Assembly (NCBI GenBank): GCA_965368905.1
Contig: CBDUOS010000002.1
Location: forward strand, 1 to 57,257
Source of the DNA: an uncultured Bdellovibrionales bacterium
GTDB lineage: Bacteria; Bdellovibrionota; Bdellovibrionia; Bdellovibrionales; JAGQZY01
Direction: 5' to 3'
Length of the DNA: 57,257 nt
Below, in pieces: positions 45,872 through 53,088 of this stretch. Position numbers and translations under genes: made by a program. Every line of letters starts with the position of its first letter. Position 1 is the stretch's first letter. Below the pieces are notes generated by a model, which saw nothing but the letters and a program-made list of their open reading frames with translations, had not been told where the DNA came from and did no database searches.

Positions 45872-47197
45872 CGGCTCTCGGGCTATCCGAAAGCCCACAG
45901 ATTGTGATCGATATTCTTCTTCACCATAAAGTTTGTAAGACGACCGAGATCTTCTTTCGCAGTATAAGAAGCCGCCTCCCCTCCATATTTTTAGATTTTT
46001 CTTCTTTTCTTTTGACTGAGTGTATGAAGTGTCAATCCATTCCCAGACGTTGCCGTGCATATCATGTAGGCCCCAAGGGTTAGGCTTTTTCGTAGCAACT
46101 GGATGAGGCTGCTTGTTGCTGTTTAAGAAATGCCAGGAATAGGGATCTATTTGTTTTGGGTCGTTGCCAAAAGAGTAAAGCGACTTTGTTCCTGCTCTTG
46201 CTGCATACTCCCACTCATCGTCCTTCGGCAGACGGTAGTGCCAGCCCTTATTGGCAGATAGTCTATTTAGCTTTTCAAGAAATAAAGTGACCTCATGAAA
46301 AGAGACCTGTTCTACTGGGAGTTTGGGGCAAATCATATGTTGATTTACAGTCATGTGACTCTTGGGGCAATACTTGGGTAAATTAAAATAGGATGGATTG
46401 TATCCGACCAGATTGAACCAATCGAGTTGTGTGATTTCAGTCGCGGATAAGTCAAAACTATTCTGTATTGTAACCTTTTTCTGGTCCTCATCATGATCTC
46501 GGGAAGGTTCAGTTGCTGGAGTTCCTTTTATATAGGAGCCTTTTTCTATCTTGAGAAAGTGAATTTTAGGAAGCTGAGGAGCCAATTGTTTTAAAAATAT
46601 GGAAAAGAAGTGGGAGTTGCTATTAATTTGAAACTGATCATTTGGTGATTGTTCCTCTAAAAGGTCTGAAACAAACTTGGAGATATCACCATTAAATTCT
46701 GCTACAAGGGAGCTAAAATTTAGTGTCTGACTTTCATTAAACCTCGATATTTTTGTATTAATATTTCGTAAGTAGGCAAAAGTGATATCTGATGGTTTAA
46801 AATAGGAGGCAAGTTCATTGAGTTTTCTTATTTTCGATTTATTTTCAAAGACTTGATCATTGAAGTCTTCAGAATTTGTTCCTTGTCGCATTCCAGGTCT
46901 GAGATCTCTTTTTTGCCTTTTAGGATCCTCTCCATAGCGATCATGATTTGCAATGAGAAGGCTGTAGGTTATAATTTGTTTTAACTCGTCTTCAGGGCAG
47001 TCATAACTATGTTCTCCATATTGTATAGTCCAATGACCTGTGCTTTTCTTATGTACATTAATATCGGTAAGACTTAAGTATTCGTAATACCAGATTGAAA
47101 AAACAAAACCTAATAGAACGACAAAAGAAGCTGGGAAAACATAGCGCATCGGGGCTCTAAAGCTGGGCTCCACGTACCAGAAAATTGTTTTTCCCAA
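45854..47197 (-). CDS. Membrane-anchored protein with C-terminal FGE-sulfatase (SUMF1/EgtB/PvdO-type) domain
   Basis: N-terminal TM helix, an approximately 200-aa unknown region, then RLPKDDEWEYAARAG, NPWGLHDMHGNVWEW, WRGGGF, VGFRIARE. The start is either TTG at 47197 or ATG at 47149. Confidence 0.8.
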   Translation of the reverse strand: MGKTIFWYVEPSFRAPMRYVFPASFVVLLGFVFSIWYYEYLSLTDINVHKKSTGHWTIQYGEHSYDCPEDELKQIITYSLLIANHDRYGEDPKRQKRDLRPGMRQGTNSEDFNDQVFENKSKIRKLNELASYFKPSDITFAYLRNINTKISRFNESQTLNFSSLVAEFNGDISKFVSDLLEEQSPNDQFQINSNSHFFSIFLKQLAPQLPKIHFLKIEKGSYIKGTPATEPSRDHDEDQKKVTIQNSFDLSATEITQLDWFNLVGYNPSYFNLPKYCPKSHMTVNQHMICPKLPVEQVSFHEVTLFLEKLNRLSANKGWHYRLPKDDEWEYAARAGTKSLYSFGNDPKQIDPYSWHFLNSNKQPHPVATKKPNPWGLHDMHGNVWEWIDTSYTQSKEKKKNLKIWRGGGFLYCERRSRSSYKLYGEEEYRSQSVGFRIAREPSTKQR

Positions 47198-48239
47198 GTG
47201 CAGATTTAATATCTTTTTGAACCTTCTTGTTTGTCATGCCAGAGCTCAAAAGTTTTGAAGGAAAATTCTTCGTGTACTGTGTTTTGAATTTTTCTAAAGC
47301 TTTTTTTGGAATCAGATTGTTTTTGGAATATTTAAGATAAAACAGAAAGCCATTCTCATAATCATTGGCCAAGTGATTCATTCTTTGCTCGTCTATTACA
47401 GTTTGTTTAAGGCTCGAGGACAAGAACTCTTTCATTAAGATGATGTGATTATTTATCTTTTCATTTTTCGAGCTCATCAAGTTTTTGAGCAGCTGTTTGA
47501 TTTCGGGTGCCTCTATATTGACACTTTTCCCAGTCAACTTTTTAACATAGAGGCTTTGTATTTTAAACCATGGTTCATTGACTCCCGAATAGCATTGTTC
47601 AGCTTCTTTGAGTTTATTTAAGAGAGTCAAGTTTGAACAATAAGAATAGCGGAGCCATTTAGGACTATTTTCTGAGATTTTATTTTTAGAGAAGAAGTTT
47701 GGGGCCACAGAAGAAAATCCAAAGCGCACATGAACATGAGCGAGCTGTTCCTGAAGTTTTTTATCGGTAAGTGCACGTGAAAAAATGTGTGCAATTTTCT
47801 TCTGGTTTTTCAAAATTAGATCAAAGTTGTCAGTAACCAAAACATTCAAGAAGAGTTTAACCATATGTTCCGATAAAGGGCCATCGAAGTTATTGGTGCT
47901 GACATCAAAATTATTCATACATAGCGTGATGTTTTCGACACATTGACTAGAGGTCGTATCTAGAATGATCCGTTTGAAATCATCAGATTTGGATCGAGCT
48001 GCTAATTTAATCAGCCACTGACTTTTCTTAGGGGTGTAACCACCAGTTGAAAGATACTTTTTCGATGCCTGAGTGGCATCAATTCTCGAGTCGGGTCGAC
48101 TTGCGAACTTAAGGCGAGATTCTAGAGCCTTCAATTGTACAGGCAGGGGTTTATTCGACAGCGTGCTATAAAACCCATCTTGACCATTAGAAAATAGGCT
48201 GACAATAGCAATCAATATATAATTCATAAATATCCTCAA
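47157..48239 (-). CDS. Hypothetical exported protein (360 aa)
   Basis: N-terminal signal-like MNYILIAIVSLFS; Lys-rich and helical. No family recognised. Confidence 0.45.
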   Translation of the reverse strand: MRIFMNYILIAIVSLFSNGQDGFYSTLSNKPLPVQLKALESRLKFASRPDSRIDATQASKKYLSTGGYTPKKSQWLIKLAARSKSDDFKRIILDTTSSQCVENITLCMNNFDVSTNNFDGPLSEHMVKLFLNVLVTDNFDLILKNQKKIAHIFSRALTDKKLQEQLAHVHVRFGFSSVAPNFFSKNKISENSPKWLRYSYCSNLTLLNKLKEAEQCYSGVNEPWFKIQSLYVKKLTGKSVNIEAPEIKQLLKNLMSSKNEKINNHIILMKEFLSSSLKQTVIDEQRMNHLANDYENGFLFYLKYSKNNLIPKKALEKFKTQYTKNFPSKLLSSGMTNKKVQKDIKSALGKNNFLVRGAQL

Positions 48240-48269
48240 AGCCTAGGTTGGCCTCTTAAAGTTTATTTT

Positions 48270-49133
48270 TCAAGTCTTCTCATCAAGTTCAAAATATTCG
48301 GAAAGAGAGATGCGGGCAGGGGAGTTTGGATTTCGCCTAAAATCCCTCAGACTTGGGTCGTCACTAAGTCCAAGTAGTACAACATCAGCAGGAGTCAGGT
48401 TCCATTTTTTGCAAATACGAATCTGTTGTTCTCGAAGTTTCTGATGACAGAAGTCAGATTCAAATTTTTTCGTTATTTCATCAGTTAGCACTAAATTTAG
48501 TAAGGAGTGATAGGAAACCTCATTTAAGGCCTCCTCTCCAGGAAGCAATTTTTTTGATATAGACCAGCCCATACGAAGATATTGGAGCCCAAAGGATTTA
48601 CTAAAAGAAAGGAATACTCTCTCAACATTGTCGTGTAGGGGGATGGACTGCCTTTTGGTGGTGCCCAGGTAGGTGCAATCTAGAACGATTCCGCAAGGTA
48701 AGAGGCTGAGATCTTTCCATGATGCTAAAAAATTACCATTGATCGCGCTTGGGTTTGAAATATAAAGGACAGCCCCTCTAGGGATCTCATCGAAATGGTT
48801 TACTTGTTTTATTTGTCCAGTAAGCATAAGTGGCCATCCGTAATCCCCTGCTAGCATATAGATCTCGCGTTTCTCGTAAAGCAACCAGCTTTCAATGGCG
48901 TGCGAGACCCCTTGGGTGGGGAGGACAAATGGGAAATCTTTGCAGTCTAGAAAGGGTTCAATCCAATTCCGGAGTCTGTTGGAAACCTCACTGGATAGAT
49001 TTCTGACAAACTTTCTCGATTGATGAGAGGGGTTGATTATGTCTGATAATTTGATCGACTCTGCCCAGCAAGCCACTTCAGGCAAAAGAGGGACTTGCAG
49101 TAGTTTTGTTGTTGGGGGGAATTGGTCAATCAT
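48270..49133 (-). CDS. Class I/II aminotransferase-fold protein, unusually short (287 aa)
   Basis: LYISNPSAINGNF (compare NPxNPTG) and FLSFSKSFGLQYLRMGW (compare SFSKxxGxxGxRxGW, the PLP lysine). Confidence 0.55.
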   Translation of the reverse strand: MIDQFPPTTKLLQVPLLPEVACWAESIKLSDIINPSHQSRKFVRNLSSEVSNRLRNWIEPFLDCKDFPFVLPTQGVSHAIESWLLYEKREIYMLAGDYGWPLMLTGQIKQVNHFDEIPRGAVLYISNPSAINGNFLASWKDLSLLPCGIVLDCTYLGTTKRQSIPLHDNVERVFLSFSKSFGLQYLRMGWSISKKLLPGEEALNEVSYHSLLNLVLTDEITKKFESDFCHQKLREQQIRICKKWNLTPADVVLLGLSDDPSLRDFRRNPNSPARISLSEYFELDEKT

Positions 49134-49141
49134 TTCATTCT

Positions 49142-49921
49142 TCAGGTGTATAGCGGTCGGGAGGTTAGTTCACTTTCGCCGCGCTTCCAAGCTTGCGAAA
49201 TTCTTACAAGCAAATCGCTTGGAGTTAAGCTGAACATCAGAATAATTCGGTCTTCTTTTCCACGATTTTCGGCGGCATGAGAGAATCCTGTGTTGAGAAA
49301 CCAGGGACAGCCGTCAGCGGCCATGTGGACCGATTCAATTTCACGACCCCGTTTCGTGTAATTGATCACCTGATCATTGGTGAAAACAGGTACAATGATT
49401 CGCATGGCAAAAGAGGGATCATAGTCTATATGAAAGTCTACCATCTTGCCGGGTTTTAACTTAACTAGACGAACACGCATTGGTGATTCTTCAAACTGAT
49501 TAACACAATTTTCAATGTAAGTTCCAGAGTAGGCATCGGTGGGTAAATCATAATTGCGCTCATCCATGCGTGGTTCATCCAGGCGGGGCTGCGTTTTCAA
49601 GCGATAGAGATCAGTTTTGGATTTAGGACTAGAAACTGGCATTGCCTTGAATGTTTGAAATCTTTTTTCAGCCATGTCAGGGTTAAAGCCTGTTAGGCTG
49701 ACCTGCTCATAGTGGTCTTGAACTGTTTCTGCCAATTTAGGATGATTCTTGCAAAGCGCGTCATTGGTTTCATAAATATCAGAAAAACTCTCGGCAAGAT
49801 TCCTCACATCTTTTTGCAGGCGACCAATTTCAAACTGAAAGCAACTCAGTTTAAAATAACTGGGTAAGTAATGCTTCCATGTTCTGTGCGAGTTCAATGA
49901 GATCGCTTTCGATGTGACCAT
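49142..49921 (-). CDS. Aspartyl/asparaginyl beta-hydroxylase-family-like 2OG oxygenase
   Basis: LKPGKMVDFHIDYDP (HxD), MRIIVPV, GFSHAAENRGKEDRIILMF. GGAGGTGAG SD. Confidence 0.6.
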   Translation of the reverse strand: MVTSKAISLNSHRTWKHYLPSYFKLSCFQFEIGRLQKDVRNLAESFSDIYETNDALCKNHPKLAETVQDHYEQVSLTGFNPDMAEKRFQTFKAMPVSSPKSKTDLYRLKTQPRLDEPRMDERNYDLPTDAYSGTYIENCVNQFEESPMRVRLVKLKPGKMVDFHIDYDPSFAMRIIVPVFTNDQVINYTKRGREIESVHMAADGCPWFLNTGFSHAAENRGKEDRIILMFSLTPSDLLVRISQAWKRGESELTSRPLYT

Positions 49922-49996
49922 CTCACCTCCAGAGTCGTAAGAATCATGACATAATACTTCTCATAATTGAGGAGAGTAAAGAGGGCGGCGCGTCGG

Positions 49997-50575
49997 CTAG
50001 AGGCTATAAAGTGCCAGTGTCGTTTGGGGTAAAAGCTGAATCGTACCAGAGCCGGGAATTTGCTTTTCTTGCATACAAGCACGGTATTGCCAGGTCTTTT
50101 CATCAACCGACTCCCACTGAGTGATCTTTATTTGAGAGATTGTAGGAACGGCCCATGGACTCGAGGCTATGGCTTTCCACAGAGCTTCTTTTGCTGAAAA
50201 CAAAAGATTGGGGATTGGGGAGAGAGCCCTCTCTTCATCGTCTGAGATGCGAACAATTATCTGATCGCTTAAACGACTCTTGTCCTCGAGGTCGACCCCT
50301 AGGGGTTGAGAATTTAATGCATATGCAAAAACAGAACCCAGCGAACAGTGAGAGATACTTAGGCTTATATCTGCAAGTTTCGGTGGGGAAATGGACAAGT
50401 CCTGCAAAGACTCATTGGCCAGCCCCTGCTTCTGTAAGAATTTATAGATCTCTTTGCGGATGAGTAGGCGAAAGTTATCACAATTAGAATTGATGCTATT
50501 CGATAAATACAGTTCGGCATTTGTGTTGCTTGTAAGGGGTAGAGGGTGTTTTTTAAACAATTGCGGTCCTAGCAA
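49997..50575 (-). CDS. 4'-phosphopantetheinyl transferase (compact Sfp/EntD-like)
   Basis: LSISHC, PLGVDLED and FSAKEALWKA match the PPTase core motifs. The TTG start overlaps the nadA stop by 7 nt, so the start is uncertain. Confidence 0.7.
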   Translation of the reverse strand: MLGPQLFKKHPLPLTSNTNAELYLSNSINSNCDNFRLLIRKEIYKFLQKQGLANESLQDLSISPPKLADISLSISHCSLGSVFAYALNSQPLGVDLEDKSRLSDQIIVRISDDEERALSPIPNLLFSAKEALWKAIASSPWAVPTISQIKITQWESVDEKTWQYRACMQEKQIPGSGTIQLLPQTTLALYSL

Positions 50576-51537
50576 TTGAATTGGTTAGGCCATTGAACAG
50601 CTTGGCCATTGCTAATGTCCATCATTCGTTGCAGTGGAATGCGAGCCCTTTCAATCAGTGAGTCGTCTACATGAACTTCATTTTCAAAATTGTTGAGAAC
50701 ATTGTAGATTTTTTCAAGGTTATTCAGCTTCATATAAGGGCAGTCGTTGCATTGGCAGTGTCCTTCAAATGGGGCCTGGATAATCTTGGCCTCTGGGCGA
50801 GCCTTCTGTAATTGGTGGAAGATTCCAGTTTCAGTAGCGACGATAAAGGTGTTCGTGCTTTTGTTAGTGGCAATCTCATTCAAAATGCCAGAGGTTGAAC
50901 CGATAAAGTCAGCGTGTGCAAGAACGGAGTCTTCACATTCGGGATGAGCCAAAACCAAAGCACCTTCGTTCTCTTCTTTCATTTGGAAGAGTTTTTTTGC
51001 AGAGAACAATACGTGAACTTCGCAGTGGCCCGGCCACTGCAGCATGGGGCGCCCAGTTTTTTTTTCAAGAAAACGGCCCAGGTTTTGGTCCGGACCAAAC
51101 ATGATCGGGCGATCTTGCGGGATACTATCCACAATTTTTTGTGCATTTGAAGAAGTGCAAATCACATCTGATACAGCCTTCACTTCAGCGCTGCTATTGA
51201 TATAGGTGATTGCTAAATGATCGGGGTGCTTCTTGCGCCACGCCACAAAAGCGTCATAGGGTGTACCGCTAACAAGGCTGCAGCCAGCATTGGGGTCGGG
51301 GACAAAGACTCTTTTCGCAGGAGAAAGTATTTTCACGCTTTCGGCCATAAAAACGACGCCTGCGAGAAGGACGTTTTTGGCTTCGCTGGTTTGACCTTTC
51401 TGTGCAAGAAAGTAACTGTCGCCACAGAAGTCGGCGAGTTCTTGAATTTCGCCGTCTTGGTAGTAATGAGCGAGCATTAAAACATTTTTTTCATTTTTTA
51501 GTTTTCGAATATTTTCAGTTAAGTTCTTCTGGTCCAC
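50569..51537 (-). CDS. nadA: Quinolinate synthase
   Basis: LAHYYQ, DFCGDS, and Cys ligands in HCEVH and CPYMK contexts. The GTG start immediately follows the mglA stop. Confidence 0.9.
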   Translation of the reverse strand: MDQKNLTENIRKLKNEKNVLMLAHYYQDGEIQELADFCGDSYFLAQKGQTSEAKNVLLAGVVFMAESVKILSPAKRVFVPDPNAGCSLVSGTPYDAFVAWRKKHPDHLAITYINSSAEVKAVSDVICTSSNAQKIVDSIPQDRPIMFGPDQNLGRFLEKKTGRPMLQWPGHCEVHVLFSAKKLFQMKEENEGALVLAHPECEDSVLAHADFIGSTSGILNEIATNKSTNTFIVATETGIFHQLQKARPEAKIIQAPFEGHCQCNDCPYMKLNNLEKIYNVLNNFENEVHVDDSLIERARIPLQRMMDISNGQAVQWPNQFNC

Positions 51538-52137
51538 TTATACATTCCCACTTTTTAATGCGGAAATAATGGATTGGGAGAGAGTTTTCAACGACTCCAT
51601 CACTCCAATGCCTTTTTCCGCCTGTGCTTCAAAGTCTGGAGAATTGTACTTGTTCAGTGCCGAACGCAGTTCCGCCACAGAAGCGATGTTGTCTAAGTCC
51701 CGTTTGTTATACTGAAAAACAAAAGGAATTTTATTGATGTCGTAACCTGATATTTCTAAGTTTTTTTCCATGTTCTTTAAAGAATTGATGTTTTCATCCA
51801 TACGATCCATTTGTGAGTCGGCAACAAAAATCATCCCATCGAGATTTTTGAGGATGAGTCGGCGACTGGCATCGTAAATTACCTGACCAGGAACAGACCA
51901 CAGGTGAAAGCGTACCTTCAAGCCTCGGATTTCACCCACATCTAGGGGCAAGAAATCGAAAAAGCGGGTGCGCTCAGGTGTGCCGACGTCAAATTCCAAA
52001 AGATCACTGGTGCTTGAATTTGCGGCAGCCGTGGCCTGGTAAACCCACTTCAAGTTGGTCGTTTTCCCGCCGAGAGATGGGCCGTAGTAAACGATTTTAC
52101 AGTGAAGCTCTTTGGCTTCTTGATTGATGAGTGCCAT
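51538..52137 (-). CDS. mglA: MglA-type Ras-like small GTPase
   Basis: CKIVYYGPSLGGKTTNLKWVY, FFDFLPLDVGEIRGLKVRFHLWSVPGQVIYDASRRLILKNLDGMIFVADSQ and NKRDL closely follow the Myxococcus MglA pattern. Confidence 0.85.
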   Translation of the reverse strand: MALINQEAKELHCKIVYYGPSLGGKTTNLKWVYQATAAANSSTSDLLEFDVGTPERTRFFDFLPLDVGEIRGLKVRFHLWSVPGQVIYDASRRLILKNLDGMIFVADSQMDRMDENINSLKNMEKNLEISGYDINKIPFVFQYNKRDLDNIASVAELRSALNKYNSPDFEAQAEKGIGVMESLKTLSQSIISALKSGNV

Positions 52138-52742
52138 TACACCTCAGTTCGATGGGACAAAGCCCGATGGAGTGTTCTGTCATCAATATAGTCGATATCA
52201 CTGCCCATTGGAATACCCTGTGCTAAGCGTGTCACTTTCAAAGGGCGACCCTCCAATTCTTGGTTTAGATAGAGAACAGTGGTGTCACCTTCTAAATCCG
52301 AGTCCACGGCCAGAATGACTTCAGTCACAGCAGGGTCAGCCTGGTCCAGTCGTTGAATCAATTCACGGATCTTAAGTTTTTCAGGAGTAATCCCTTCTAA
52401 TGGTGAGATCGCTCCATGCAGGACATGATAAAGACCAGTGTAAGCGCCCGAAGCTTCGATTTGCGCGAGGTCTTCTGGTTGTTCCACAACACACATGATG
52501 TCTTGACTGCGATGATGCCCGTTGCAAATGGTGCAAATCTTTTTAGGGTTGTCTGTGTAGTTGAAACACCGATCACATAGGACAATGCTCTCTTCCACTT
52601 GTTCTAAGGTCTCTCTGAGATCCTGCGAGAATGTGGGATTTTTCAATAAGTAGTGAGTGAGCCGTTGCGCTGATTTCGGCCCAATCCCGGGAAGTCTTGC
52701 AATTTCATGGACGAGTTTATCCAGCGTAGCGATCTTAAACAT
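52137..52742 (-). CDS. recR: Recombination protein RecR
   Basis: LPGIGPKSAQRL helix-hairpin-helix, C4 zinc finger (CDRC...CTIC) and a Toprim region. TAATG junction with mglA. Confidence 0.95.
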   Translation of the reverse strand: MFKIATLDKLVHEIARLPGIGPKSAQRLTHYLLKNPTFSQDLRETLEQVEESIVLCDRCFNYTDNPKKICTICNGHHRSQDIMCVVEQPEDLAQIEASGAYTGLYHVLHGAISPLEGITPEKLKIRELIQRLDQADPAVTEVILAVDSDLEGDTTVLYLNQELEGRPLKVTRLAQGIPMGSDIDYIDDRTLHRALSHRTEV

Positions 52743-52749
52743 CAGGTTC

Positions 52750-53079
52750 CTAGAAAAGCCCAGGAATGTTCATGCCGCCAGTTAATTTGGACATTTCTTC
52801 ATCTTGGTCTTTCTTAGCTGTCGCAAGGGCTTCGTTCATGGCCGAGATGACCATGTCTTGCAGTATCTCAGCATCTCCCTCTTTAAAGATATCGGGACTG
52901 ATCGTGAGTGCGGCTACTGTGTTTTCACCTTTGATTGTTACTTCGACAGCGCCACCACCGGAGGTGGCTTTGTATTCCTTTTCTCCCAGCTCTTCTTGCA
53001 GCTTCTTCATTTTCGCCTGCATTTGGTTGGCTTGACGAATAAGGTTTTGCATACTGTTGCCGCGGCCTTTTCCCTTCAT
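52750..53079 (-). CDS. ybaB: YbaB/EbfC nucleoid-associated protein
   Basis: NLIRQANQMQAKMKKLQEEL...GGGAVEVTIKG. Canonical position between dnaX and recR. Confidence 0.9.
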   Translation of the reverse strand: MKGKGRGNSMQNLIRQANQMQAKMKKLQEELGEKEYKATSGGGAVEVTIKGENTVAALTISPDIFKEGDAEILQDMVISAMNEALATAKKDQDEEMSKLTGGMNIPGLF

Positions 53080-53088
53080 TGTGTGCTC

